DNA of 57,327 nucleotides from Actinomycetota bacterium (lineage in GTDB: Bacteria; Actinomycetota; Acidimicrobiia; Spongiisociales; UBA11373): positions 1-57,327 of the forward strand of contig VGBK01000005.1 of assembly GCA_016870535.1 (NCBI GenBank). The letters run 5' to 3'. The translations under genes were made by a program, and so were the position numbers. Below are positions 22,513-34,397 of the stretch, piece by piece. The notes beneath the pieces were generated by a model that was not told the DNA's origin, did no database searches, and saw only the letters and a list, made by a program, of their open reading frames with translations. The first letter of the stretch is position 1. Every line of letters begins with the position of its first letter.

Positions 22513-24177
22513 CTACATGTGCTCGGGGGCGGAGATCCCGAGCAGGCCGAGCACGGCGAGGAGCACGCTCTCGGCGGCAGCCACCAGCCAGAGCCGGGCC
22601 CGGGAGAGGGCGGGATCCTCCGTCACCACCCGGCAGTCGGTGTAGAACTTGTGAAAGGCGGCGGCGAAGTCCTGCCCGTAGGCAGCAATGCGGTGCGGCG
22701 CCCGGCGCGCCGCCGCTTCGGCCACCTCCTCGCCCAGGCGATCGGCCTGCTTGAGCACCTCGACCTCGGCCGGATCTCGGAGCAGGGACAGGTCGGCCTC
22801 CTCCAGCGGCCCCCGCTCCACTCCTTGGGCGGCGGCGAAGCCCTGCAGGCTGCGCACCCGGGCGTAGGCGTACTGAAGGTAGTAGACGGGGTTCTCCATG
22901 CTGCGCCGCTTGGCTTCCTCCAGGTCGAAGTTGAGGGTGGTGTCGGGGCTCACCGCCACCAGGTAGTAGCGGGCGGCGTCGGCGCCCACCTCCTCGATCA
23001 CCCGGCGGAAGGTGACGAACTCCCCCGCCCGGGTCGACATGCGCACCGGTTCACCGCTGCGGAAGAGGTTCACCATCTGAGTGATGATCAACTCCAGGCG
23101 GTCCGGGTCGAAGCCCAGGGCGGCCACCGCCGCCTTCAGCCGCGGCACGTAGCCGTGGTGATCGGCTCCCCAGATGTTGATCAAGCGGTCGAAGCCGCGC
23201 CGGAACTTGTCGAGGTGATAGGCCACATCCGGGGCCAGGTAGGTGTAGCGCCCGTCGCCGGTGACCAGCACCCGATCCTTCTCGTCGCCGAAGTCGGTGG
23301 AGCGGAACCACAGCGCCCCTTCGGCCCGGTACACGTGCCCATTGGCTTCGAGGAGGCCGATGGCCTCCTCCACCTCACCGCGGCGGTGCAGGTCGGCCTC
23401 GCTGAACCACGCGTCGAAGGGAATCCGGGCCAGGGCCAGGGTCTCCTCGATGTCCTGCATCGCCCGAGCCAGGCCCCAGCGCAGCACCACCGGCTCCCAT
23501 TCGGCGGCCGGCAAGGACCGGAGCGTGCCTCCCATCTCCTCCGCCAATTCGCGGCCCCAGGCTTCCAGGTAGGCGCCGTGGTAGCCGTCCTCCGGTACCG
23601 CCGCCTCCTCCCCCAGGGCCCGCCGGCAGCGGGCCTCGAGGCTGGCGGCGAAGCGTCCCATCTGCGCCCCGGCGTCGTTGTAGTAGTACTCCCGCTCCAC
23701 CCGATGGCCGGCGTAATCCAGCAACCGGCTGAGCACGTCCCCCACCACCCCGCCGCGCCCGTGGCCGATGTGCAGCGGGCCGTTCGGGTTCGACGAGACG
23801 AACTCCACCTGCACCCGCTCCCGGCTCCCTGCCGGCGCCCGGGCGTGGTCCGCCCCTCCCCGCGCTGCCCGCGCCAGCACCACGGCGTACCAGGAGGGAG
23901 CCAGGGTGAAGTTGATGAAGCCGGGCCCGGCCACCTCGACCCGCTCCAGGTGGGCAATCGGAGGCAGGTGGCGCACCACGGCCTCCGCCACCTCCCGGGG
24001 GGAACGGCGGGCGGCCCGGGCCGCCACCAGGGCGGCGTTGGCCGCCCAGTCGCCGTGGCTGCGGTCGCGGGGGCGCTCCACCACGAAGGCCACCTCGCCC
24101 GGGTCGGGGAGGTCCCCGGCGGCCGCGGCCGAGCGCAGGGCGGCGGCGACGGCCTCGTGGATAGCGGAGGGGAACAT
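22513..24177 (-). CDS. argS: Arginine--tRNA ligase
   Basis: VEFVSSNPNGPLHIGHGR, WGADHHGY, RMSTRAG, NPVYYLQYAYAR; start ATG 24177. Confidence 0.97.
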   Translation of the reverse strand: MFPSAIHEAVAAALRSAAAAGDLPDPGEVAFVVERPRDRSHGDWAANAALVAARAARRSPREVAEAVVRHLPPIAHLERVEVAGPGFINFTLAPSWYAVVLARAARGGADHARAPAGSRERVQVEFVSSNPNGPLHIGHGRGGVVGDVLSRLLDYAGHRVEREYYYNDAGAQMGRFAASLEARCRRALGEEAAVPEDGYHGAYLEAWGRELAEEMGGTLRSLPAAEWEPVVLRWGLARAMQDIEETLALARIPFDAWFSEADLHRRGEVEEAIGLLEANGHVYRAEGALWFRSTDFGDEKDRVLVTGDGRYTYLAPDVAYHLDKFRRGFDRLINIWGADHHGYVPRLKAAVAALGFDPDRLELIITQMVNLFRSGEPVRMSTRAGEFVTFRRVIEEVGADAARYYLVAVSPDTTLNFDLEEAKRRSMENPVYYLQYAYARVRSLQGFAAAQGVERGPLEEADLSLLRDPAEVEVLKQADRLGEEVAEAAARRAPHRIAAYGQDFAAAFHKFYTDCRVVTEDPALSRARLWLVAAAESVLLAVLGLLGISAPEHM

Positions 24178-24221
24178 GGTGGCCCGGCATCGTAGCCCGG
24201 GGAGCGCTCCCCTCGCCTTGG

Positions 24222-24227
24222 TACAAT
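24222..24227 (+). promoter_or_regulatory. -10 element for tRNA-Arg
   Basis: TACAAT 9 nt upstream of the tRNA 5' end. Confidence 0.55.
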
Positions 24228-24236
24228 CGGCGGGTC

Positions 24237-24308
<72 letters not shown>

Positions 24309-24309
24309 C

Positions 24310-25086
24310 CTAGAAGAGAGCGCGTGCCATCGCCGCCCAGCCGATCTCCCGGCCGATCACGAAGGCATCCATGGTGATGGCCACCACCCAATGGAGCGCG
24401 GCACCCAGAAGGAACGACCGGGAACGCAGCGCCAGGTAGCCGAGCGCCGCTCCGGCCAGGATGGCGGCGAAGGTCTCCGGCATGGGCTTGCCGAAGTGGA
24501 TCATCACGTAGGGGATGACCGTCACCGGGATGGCGTTCCAGCCGAGACGCGGGAAGAGGCCGAACAGCAGGAACCCGCGGAAGAAGGCCTCCACCCCGAG
24601 GAACTGGAGCCCGTAGAACAGCTGGAATCCCCAGAAGTGCCAGCCGCCCGCCACCGCCCCGTCGTAGAACGGGTACTTGCGCTGGAAGGAGGCCAGGGCG
24701 GAGGCGCCGAAGAGCACCGGGAGCATCACCCCGAGGAACACCGCATAGGGCCAGATGTGCCGCCAGGTCCGGGGAAGATGCCAGCCCCACTCGCGCGGGG
24801 ACTCGCGCAGCACCAGAGCCACCACGGCCAGCGGCACCAGCACCCGCAGCACCAGCGAACTGACACCCCAGTACTGATAGGGCAGCAAGTCGAAGTAGTC
24901 CCGGTAGCCCGGCCCGAGAGCGTCGGCCAGTGAGCGATGCAAGGCGGTGCCCTTGAAGCTCGCCGGCAGTCCCCAGTACTCGAACACGATCAGCAGCACC
25001 ACCGCCGCGGTGAAGACCACCAGGGTGCGGCGATCGGGACGAAGCCCGGCGGCGCCGGCCCGCAGCGACGTTTCGGTATCAGCCAA
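24310..25086 (-). CDS. CPBP family intramembrane glutamic endopeptidase (CAAX protease-like)
   Basis: VEAFFRGFLL, HFGKPMPE, RS...LHWVVA; start uncertain (TTG 25086). Confidence 0.82.
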   Translation of the reverse strand: MADTETSLRAGAAGLRPDRRTLVVFTAAVVLLIVFEYWGLPASFKGTALHRSLADALGPGYRDYFDLLPYQYWGVSSLVLRVLVPLAVVALVLRESPREWGWHLPRTWRHIWPYAVFLGVMLPVLFGASALASFQRKYPFYDGAVAGGWHFWGFQLFYGLQFLGVEAFFRGFLLFGLFPRLGWNAIPVTVIPYVMIHFGKPMPETFAAILAGAALGYLALRSRSFLLGAALHWVVAITMDAFVIGREIGWAAMARALF

Positions 25087-25234
25087 GGTGGTGGACTCGC
25101 ACGGGGCATCCCACCCTAATGGGGATTCGCGGGCTCCCGCGGTCTGGGAGTCTGGTGGTTGAGCCGTCGGCTGCGGGGGCGGCCGCCGCGGGGACCACCG
25201 GGCCCACCGACGGACGTGGAAGCGGATGACCCGG

Positions 25235-25372
25235 TCAGCCGGCCAGGCTGCGGCGCCAGGCTTCCCGATGATCGTCGGCGATCCGACGAGCGCGCACTTG
25301 GGCGACAAACAGCAAACCGACGAGCGACCCGACTCCGGTAACCACAGCGGTGGCGGCGAGCATGGGATCCAT
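25235..25372 (-). CDS. Putative small single-TM protein (45 aa)
   Basis: Below track cutoff: MDPMLAATAVVTGVGSLVGLLFVAQVRARRIADDHREAWRRSLAG*; fills the intergenic gap. Confidence 0.5.
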   Translation of the reverse strand: MDPMLAATAVVTGVGSLVGLLFVAQVRARRIADDHREAWRRSLAG

Positions 25373-25428
25373 TATCCCCAGCATCGTCGGCTGAGCCGGG
25401 TAGGTTGAACCGGGGCGCTGAGCGGCTC

Positions 25429-25890
25429 TCAGCCGGCGCCGAGCTCCTCCCGCACCAGGCGGCCGACCAGGGCGCCGTCGACCGTTCCCCCGGCCGCCTT
25501 CATCACGTGCCCGATGACTCGGCCGGCCATCTTGGGGTCGCCGGCTCCCAACTCGGCGATGGCGGAACGCACCAGCTCCCGGGTGGCCGCCTCATCGAGG
25601 GTAGACGGCAGCCATCTAGCGAGATACTCGATCTCGAAGGCCAGCTTCTCCGCCTGAGCCCGCCCCCGCTCCCCCGCGGCGGCGAACTCCAGGCGGGCCT
25701 TCTCCATCTTCTTGCAGTACGCCCCGATGACCCGCCGGTACAGCTCGTCGCCCGCCTCCCCGCTGAAGCCCGGCTCGGTGCGCGCTCGCGAGACCTCGGT
25801 CTCCACCTGCCGGATCACATCGAGGCGCTTCCGGTCACGAGCCCGCAGGGCGTCCCTCAGTTCCGCAGCGAGTTCTTCGTGAATTCCCAT
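25429..25890 (-). CDS. GatB/YqeY domain protein
   Basis: LRDALRARD, EIEYLARWLP, MAGRVIGHVMK, VDGALV. Confidence 0.88.
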   Translation of the reverse strand: MGIHEELAAELRDALRARDRKRLDVIRQVETEVSRARTEPGFSGEAGDELYRRVIGAYCKKMEKARLEFAAAGERGRAQAEKLAFEIEYLARWLPSTLDEAATRELVRSAIAELGAGDPKMAGRVIGHVMKAAGGTVDGALVGRLVREELGAG

Positions 25891-25956
25891 CGTCCATCAG
25901 GGTAGTGGCCGTCCCGCCCATCGCGATCTTCCTGGGAAGCGCTTTCAGGAGATCGG

Positions 25957-25985
25957 TTGACGAGGCCCCGCCGCCGCCCTATCTT
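25957..25985 (+). promoter_or_regulatory. SigA-type promoter of whiB1
   Basis: TTGACG-17 nt-TATCTT. Confidence 0.7.
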
Positions 25986-25998
25986 GTGTAAGGCCCAT

Positions 25999-26016
25999 TT
26001 GTGAACTGCTTCACAT
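25999..26016. promoter_or_regulatory. Rex (or CRP/GlxR) operator
   Basis: TTGTGAA-CTGC-TTCACAT matches Rex TTGTGAA-N4-TTCACAA and CRP TGTGA-N6-TCACA. Confidence 0.7.
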
Positions 26017-26049
26017 TCCAGGGCACCGAACAGAGAAAAGAACCGGATC

Positions 26050-26322
26050 TTGATAACCCTGACCGTAATCGATTGGCGTGACGCCGCCGCCTGCCGAGAC
26101 TCCGAACCCAACCTCTTCTTCCCCATAGGCTCCACCGGACCGGCCGTCGACCAGATAGAGGCCGCCAAGGCCATCTGCACCGAGTGCACCGTCCGGGAAG
26201 ACTGCCTGACGTACGCCCTGGAGACCAACCAGGAAGCCGGGGTGTGGGGAGGCTACGCCGAGGACGAGCGGCGCCGGCTGCGCAAGCGCTGGCTGGCCGA
26301 GCGGCGCCGCCGCGCCGGCTGA
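26050..26322 (+). CDS. whiB1: WhiB family Fe-S transcriptional regulator, WhiB1/WblE-like
   Basis: DWRDAAAC, LFFPIGSTGPA, CxxC...C, GVWGG, EDERR. Confidence 0.92.
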   Translation: MITLTVIDWRDAAACRDSEPNLFFPIGSTGPAVDQIEAAKAICTECTVREDCLTYALETNQEAGVWGGYAEDERRRLRKRWLAERRRRAG

Positions 26323-26359
26323 GACCCGCCGCGTCCTCTCCCCGGTCGTCCCGGGGGCT

Positions 26360-26584
26360 TCACTCTTTTCCGAAACCGATCCGGGGGGACTTGTCCGCTT
26401 CGACGTCGAGATAGGCGATCTTGTCGACCACCAGGCCGTGGCGGCGGCCCTCCTCGTCCACCAGCCAGAGGATCTTCTCCCCGTCCTCCACGGCCTGCCG
26501 GAAAGAGCGGATCACCTCCTCGGCGTCGGCCACCTCGAGATCCAGTTCCCGCGCCGTCATGGTCACGCCGATCCTCACCCGCAC
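26360..26584 (-). CDS. DUF3107 family protein
   Basis: VRIGV...REL, L.DEEGRR, KIAYLDV, RIGF C-terminus. Confidence 0.85.
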   Translation of the reverse strand: MRVRIGVTMTARELDLEVADAEEVIRSFRQAVEDGEKILWLVDEEGRRHGLVVDKIAYLDVEADKSPRIGFGKE

Positions 26585-26599
26585 CTGTGCCTCCTCGCG

Positions 26600-27682
26600 C
26601 TATTGCAGCTTCAGTCCCGGCGGGCGCCGCACCCGGGGCCGCCGCGCCGCCAGCCCGGCGGCGATCTCATCGAAGGCGGCGGCTGCCTCGGAGCCGGGCG
26701 CGGCCAGCACTGCCGGTTCCCCGCGGTCGGCCCCTTCCCGCAACGCCGGGACCAGCGGCACCCGGCCGAGCAGCGGCACCCCCAGGTCGTCGGCCAGCGC
26801 CCGGCCTCCTCCGGCGCCGAAGATCTCGTAGCGCTTGCCGTCGTCCCCGGTGAACCACGACATGTTCTCCACCACCCCGGCCACCTCCTGCTCCATCTTG
26901 GCGACCATCAGGGCGGCCCGGCGCGCCACGCGCTGGGCCGTGGGCTGGGGAGTGGTGACCACCACGGTCAGGGCACCGGGGAGGAACTGCGCCAGGGAGA
27001 TGGGCACGTCGCCGGTGCCGGGAGGCAGGTCGAGCAGCAAGAACTCGGGTTCGTCCCAGTAGACCTCATCGAGGAACTGCTCCAGCGCCTTGTGCAGCAT
27101 GGGCCCCCTCCACACGACCGCCTGGTCGGGAGGGACGAAGAAGTCCATCGAGATGACCCGTACCCCGTGAGCGGCAGGCGGCACGATCAACCCGCCGACC
27201 ACCGCCGGCGGCTCCTGGACCCCCAGCATCCGCGGGATCGAGAAGCCCCAGACGTCGGCGTCGAGCACGGCGACGTCGTGGCCCGCCGCGGCGAGCGCCA
27301 CAGCGGTGTTGGCCGTCACCGAGGACTTGCCCACCCCGCCCTTGCCCGAGGCGATGGCGATCACCCGGGTGCGGGATCCCGCTCCGCCCGGCCGGGCGGG
27401 GCGCCCGGCGGTGAGCCGGGCGGCCAGAGCCTCCTCGGCGGAGGAACCCATGGGCGCCGCGTCCACCCGGATGCCGGCTGCCCCGGCCGCTCCGGCGGCG
27501 GCGAAGACGGCAGCCCGCAGTTCGGTTTCGAGGGCCAGGCCCTCGGGCAGAGCCAGGCTCACCCGTCCCGAGCCGTCTCCGGCCAGATCGAACCCCGTCA
27601 TCAGGCCCAACTCTCCTACGGAGCGGCGCAGGCGAGGGACCACCACGGCTCCGACGGCGTCACGGATGGCTTGCCGATCCAC
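26600..27682 (-). CDS. mrp: Mrp/NBP35 (ApbC) family ATP-binding protein
   Basis: SGKGGVGKS, WRGPMLHKA, DLPPGTGD, VVENMS. Confidence 0.93.
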   Translation of the reverse strand: MDRQAIRDAVGAVVVPRLRRSVGELGLMTGFDLAGDGSGRVSLALPEGLALETELRAAVFAAAGAAGAAGIRVDAAPMGSSAEEALAARLTAGRPARPGGAGSRTRVIAIASGKGGVGKSSVTANTAVALAAAGHDVAVLDADVWGFSIPRMLGVQEPPAVVGGLIVPPAAHGVRVISMDFFVPPDQAVVWRGPMLHKALEQFLDEVYWDEPEFLLLDLPPGTGDVPISLAQFLPGALTVVVTTPQPTAQRVARRAALMVAKMEQEVAGVVENMSWFTGDDGKRYEIFGAGGGRALADDLGVPLLGRVPLVPALREGADRGEPAVLAAPGSEAAAAFDEIAAGLAARRPRVRRPPGLKLQ

Positions 27683-27744
27683 TGCGGGGCTCCCGAACGA
27701 GGACGCGTCGAGACTAGCGACGCCGTCGCCTCTACCCTTCCCTC

Positions 27745-28434
27745 ATGCCCGTCCCCGACTTCAACCAGGCCCTGGGCCGCCTAACCGGTTCCCTGGGCGA
27801 CCCCACCCGGCGGGCCATCTACCTCACCGTGCGCGAGTCCGACGACGAGATCACCGCGGCGCGCGTCGCCGATCTCTTCGGCATCCACCCCAACGTGGCA
27901 CGGCACCACCTGGACCGTCTGGTGGCCGACGGCTACCTGCGGGTGCGAGATCGTGACCCCGCCCGTCCGGCAGGGGTAGGCCGTCCGCCCCGGGTCTTCG
28001 AGGCCACCGAGGACGACGTCGCCGTCTCCTACCCGGCTCGCCGCCACGACCTCCTCGCCGAACTCCTGGTGCGGGTGGTGAAGCGCCTCGCTCCCGAGGA
28101 AGGGCCCCGGGTAGCAGAAGAGGTGGGGCAAGCCTACGGAGAGGAACTGGCCGCCGCCATCGGCCTGCCCACCGAGCAGGGCTTCGCCCCGGCCCTGGCG
28201 GCGGTGGCCCGGGCGCTGACCGGCGCCGGCTTCGAGATCACCGCCGACCTCGAGGCGGGCCGCCTGGTGGCGGGGGCTTGCCCCTTCGGGCGCACCGCCG
28301 CCGACCACCCCGAGGTGGTGTGCCGCCTGGACCTGGGCATCGTGAAGGGCCTCATGGCTGCCGCCGGGGCCCCGGCTCGCCGCGTGGTCATCACCCCCCG
28401 GCGGCGCCCCAACCGGCCCTGCGTCGCCTCCTGA
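27745..28434 (+). CDS. ArsR-like HTH transcriptional regulator with C-terminal Cys (COG2345/SufR-like)
   Basis: LGDPTRRAIY, IHPNVARHHLDRL, GRPPRVF, CPF..HPEVVC..C. Confidence 0.85.
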   Translation: MPVPDFNQALGRLTGSLGDPTRRAIYLTVRESDDEITAARVADLFGIHPNVARHHLDRLVADGYLRVRDRDPARPAGVGRPPRVFEATEDDVAVSYPARRHDLLAELLVRVVKRLAPEEGPRVAEEVGQAYGEELAAAIGLPTEQGFAPALAAVARALTGAGFEITADLEAGRLVAGACPFGRTAADHPEVVCRLDLGIVKGLMAAAGAPARRVVITPRRRPNRPCVAS

Positions 28435-28490
28435 AAGGCCGCCGGCACCCGGTTATCCTCCTCCAGCCTGCCCCACGGAGCCTCCTGCCC

Positions 28491-31160
<2,670 letters not shown>

Positions 31161-31248
31161 AGCCGGGCGTGCCCCGGGGGCCGACGCGGCGGCCCGAGCG
31201 CCGCAAAAGGCGCGTCTCCCTGCCCGCCCACCCCTAGGGTTCTCAGAC

Positions 31249-31797
31249 ATGCGCCCCGGTGCCCTCCGCGCCCTGCTCCCCGCCGCCGTCCTCGCCCTGT
31301 CGGCCGCCGCTTGCGGAAGCGCGGCTCCGCAACTCACCGCCCCGGCAGACTCGCTCGCCTCTCCCAGTACCAGCGAGGCCCGCCCGCCTGCCCCGGTCTT
31401 CGAGGTGGCTCTGTTCGACGGCACCAGTTTCAGCCTGACGCGGCACCTGAGCCGGGACGGACGACCGGTGGTGTTGAACCTGTGGGCCTCCTGGTGCCCG
31501 CCGTGCCGCGAGGAGATCCCCCGGATCGAGGCCGCCGCCCGCCGTCATCCCCAGGTGCTCTTCCTCGGGGTTGCCGTCCAGGACGAGCCCGCGGCCGCGG
31601 CGGCGGCGGTGGCCGAACTCGGGGCGACCTATCCGACCGGGGCCGACCTCGACGGCACGTTGGACGCCGCCTTCCCCTCGCCCGGGCTCCCCGCCACCTT
31701 CCTCATCGCCGCCGACGGCACCCTCATCGGGGCACACTTCGGCGCCCTGACGGCCGCCGACATCGAAGCCCTCGTGACCCGCTACCTGGCCGGGTAG
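31249..31797 (+). CDS. TlpA/ResA-family thiol-disulfide oxidoreductase lipoprotein
   Basis: Lipobox-like LSAAAC, VVLNLWASWCPPC, GLPATF. Confidence 0.9.
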   Translation: MRPGALRALLPAAVLALSAAACGSAAPQLTAPADSLASPSTSEARPPAPVFEVALFDGTSFSLTRHLSRDGRPVVLNLWASWCPPCREEIPRIEAAARRHPQVLFLGVAVQDEPAAAAAAVAELGATYPTGADLDGTLDAAFPSPGLPATFLIAADGTLIGAHFGALTAADIEALVTRYLAG

Positions 31798-31805
31798 CGG
31801 CCGCC

Positions 31806-33005
31806 TCAGACCCCGGCGACGCCCCGGCGACGCAGCACTCGGCGGAGGGCGGCGAGCACTGCGGGGTCGTACTCGTAGGCGCTGCCCTGATGGAGGATCT
31901 CCAGCGCGTCGCCGGGTTCCATGCCGCCGCCCACGGCGTAGTCGTAGGCGGTGGCCACCTTCACCACCTGGGCGGCAGGAGACACGCCGGGATCACGCTC
32001 CTCCCCGGGGCGGCGGTAGGGATGGGACGACTGGGCCACCAGCGCCGCTACCGGCTCCAGGGTGGGAGCGGCAGCAACGATGGCGGCGCTCCACCGGGCG
32101 AGGTCCGCCGTGGTGACCACCCGGCCGGGGGTCGGCATCACCCCCGCCATCGCCACCCTCCCGATGTCGGCCAGGAAGGCGGCTTGCTCCACCCGGCGGC
32201 TTGCCTGAGCCCGCATCCCCAGTTCCCCGGTCAGGGCCACCGCCACCTCGGCGGAGCGCTCGGCGTGACCGGGGGGCGAGAGGCCGCCGGCCTCCGGCAC
32301 CTTTCCCAGGACCCGGATCGTCTGCCGATAGGTCAGGTCGCTGGCCGCCAGGCGGCCGAAGGCCAGGTGGGCGAAGCCGTACGGCAGACCCGCCAGGAGC
32401 ACGGCCCAGGCCCCCAGCGCCGGGGCGGTGAGCCCGTAGAGGCTTCCCGCCGCCACCAGCACGAGGTAGACCGGCCACTCGGACAAAGCGGTCCGCCAGA
32501 GCAGCCCGCCGGAGAGCCGCCGCCGCGTGCCGGTCCAGGCGGCGCGCGCCGCCGCCGACGCCAGGTACCAGGCCACCATCGCCGCGACCAACACCGCCAG
32601 CTGCCCCCAGGGACCGCTGCGGTGGGCCACCGGCGCCTCCAGGAGAGCGAAGACGCCCACGAAGCCGGCCAGCCCGGCGGCTTCGCCCGGCACGAGGTCG
32701 GCCGCCTGCCGCTCGCCGAAGCGGAGACGAGCCGCCACCCAGCCCAGAGGCACGCCCATCGCCGCGCCCCACAACAGGGGCACCAGCAGCTGGCTCAGCA
32801 CGGCTGCCGTGGCGACCGCCGGGCCCACCGGCTGCAGCCTCCCGCCGCCGAAGCGCAAGGGGAAGAGGTGCCCCAGGGCGAAGGCGGCGGCGAGGACCAC
32901 CGCGGCCGTTGCCTCCCCGCGCCCGATGGCCGCCGCCAGCCCGGCGGCGCCTACCGCGCCGGCCGCGACCGCTCGCCAGGAGAAGCGCTCAGGCACGGAG
33001 GGCAC
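31806..33005 (-). CDS. Membrane-anchored degenerate HD-GYP domain protein
   Basis: About 6-7 TMs, then GHAERSA, FLADIGR (HD changed to AD), VKVATAYD, YDPAVLAAL. Confidence 0.8.
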   Translation of the reverse strand: MPSVPERFSWRAVAAGAVGAAGLAAAIGRGEATAAVVLAAAFALGHLFPLRFGGGRLQPVGPAVATAAVLSQLLVPLLWGAAMGVPLGWVAARLRFGERQAADLVPGEAAGLAGFVGVFALLEAPVAHRSGPWGQLAVLVAAMVAWYLASAAARAAWTGTRRRLSGGLLWRTALSEWPVYLVLVAAGSLYGLTAPALGAWAVLLAGLPYGFAHLAFGRLAASDLTYRQTIRVLGKVPEAGGLSPPGHAERSAEVAVALTGELGMRAQASRRVEQAAFLADIGRVAMAGVMPTPGRVVTTADLARWSAAIVAAAPTLEPVAALVAQSSHPYRRPGEERDPGVSPAAQVVKVATAYDYAVGGGMEPGDALEILHQGSAYEYDPAVLAALRRVLRRRGVAGV

Positions 33006-34287
33006 GCTCCTTGACCAGGCGGGCCACCTCGGCGGCGCTGGCGTCGTCGGGGGCGCCGTAGGCCTCCCCGCGGCGGGTTATCCCGCCAATGAGCGCCTCG
33101 ACGACCTCCCCGCCGAGGGCGGCGGCCCGCTCCCGCAGCCGGGCGAAGGCCTCAGCCTGGGTCAGAGCGGCCCGATAGGAACGCGTGCTGGTCATCCCGT
33201 CGAAGGAGTCGGCCACCGCCAACACCCGCGCTTCGACAGACCCGCGCCCCCCCACCGCCACCCGATGGGATTCTTCGATGAGGCGCACCGCCGGCGCCAG
33301 CACGTCGATCCCGGCCAGCAGGTCCTCGACCACCCTCATGTGACGGGCCACCGCCGCCTCCTCCGCCGGGCCGAGCGGTTCGGTCCGGCGCAACAGGGCG
33401 GCCGGCACCGCCAGCTTGCCTACGTCGTGGAGGAGGGCGGCGGAGCGCAGGCGCTCCATGCGGCCGGGATCCAGCCCCAACTCCGTCCCGGCGACCGACA
33501 CCAGGTGGAGCACCCGGTCGGTGTGGCCCCGGGTGTACGGATCGAGGGCCTCGACGGCCTTCACGAAGCCGTGCACCGTGTCCAGGTGGGCCCGGCGCAC
33601 CCGGGCGTAGGAGGCGAACCCGACGTGCCCCGCCACGAAAGTCAGGCCGACCAGCGGAAGGATCACCGGCCCCACCAGCAGGTACGCCGCCCCGGCCAGG
33701 CTGCCGACCACGGCCAGCAGCGTCATGGCCAGGTGGTTGGCGCGCAGGGCCGACCACGCCTCCGGCGGCCGGTCCGGGTACAGGCGCCGGGTCATGAAGG
33801 CCACCAGGTAGAAGTTCACCCAGTCGTAGGCCAGGGCGGCGGGGACGGTGGCGGCCAGGATGCGGGGCACGGCGGCCCGGGTCACCGGCCCCGCCGGCAG
33901 CAGCGCCGCCAGGAGCCCCACGCCCACCGTGGAGGAGAGCACCAACTGGCCGAAGTTGGCCACCGGCAGGGTCCAGCGCCGCCGGGCGAAGTAGGAGGGA
34001 TGCACCAGCGCCAGGGCGGCCATCAGCGCCACCGCCAGCACCCCGCTCTGCGGTCCCATCACCACCGCCGTGCCGAAGGCCACCGCCACTGCGGAACTGA
34101 CCAGGAGGCGGTCGCCCACCTCCACGGCGGCGTACTCCAGAGCCACGTAAGCGGCGGCGAGGGCTCCCCACAGCCACAGCGGCCGGGGGAGCGACTGAAA
34201 CCGAACGAGCAAAACGAGCGCCGCCGCGCCGGCGGCGCCCAACACCACCGCGGGGAAGGTGGTCCGGTCCCGTGCTCGTAGGCTCAT
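32989..34287 (-). CDS. Membrane-anchored HD-GYP-like phosphodiesterase (HD retained, GYP loop absent)
   Basis: About 6-7 TMs, then DPYTRGHTDRV, ALLHDVGK, ARVLAVADSFDGMTSTRSYR. Confidence 0.87.
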   Translation of the reverse strand: MSLRARDRTTFPAVVLGAAGAAALVLLVRFQSLPRPLWLWGALAAAYVALEYAAVEVGDRLLVSSAVAVAFGTAVVMGPQSGVLAVALMAALALVHPSYFARRRWTLPVANFGQLVLSSTVGVGLLAALLPAGPVTRAAVPRILAATVPAALAYDWVNFYLVAFMTRRLYPDRPPEAWSALRANHLAMTLLAVVGSLAGAAYLLVGPVILPLVGLTFVAGHVGFASYARVRRAHLDTVHGFVKAVEALDPYTRGHTDRVLHLVSVAGTELGLDPGRMERLRSAALLHDVGKLAVPAALLRRTEPLGPAEEAAVARHMRVVEDLLAGIDVLAPAVRLIEESHRVAVGGRGSVEARVLAVADSFDGMTSTRSYRAALTQAEAFARLRERAAALGGEVVEALIGGITRRGEAYGAPDDASAAEVARLVKERALRA

Positions 34288-34314
34288 ATGGGTAGCGGGC
34301 GCCCGGGTCCCGGC

Positions 34315-34397
34315 CTAACCGATCCTCCAGTTCACCGGAGGCTCGGCAGGCAGCTCGGTGACTCTTCGTCTTCGACGCGGTCGACCTTCCGGCTCAC
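34315..34397 (-). CDS. Candidate small peptide (21 aa as read; 27 aa ending LPAEPPVNWRIG if one base is missing)
   Basis: AAGGGGGT RBS-like motif 6 nt before GTG 34397; lies just upstream of the HD-GYP start. Confidence 0.35.
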
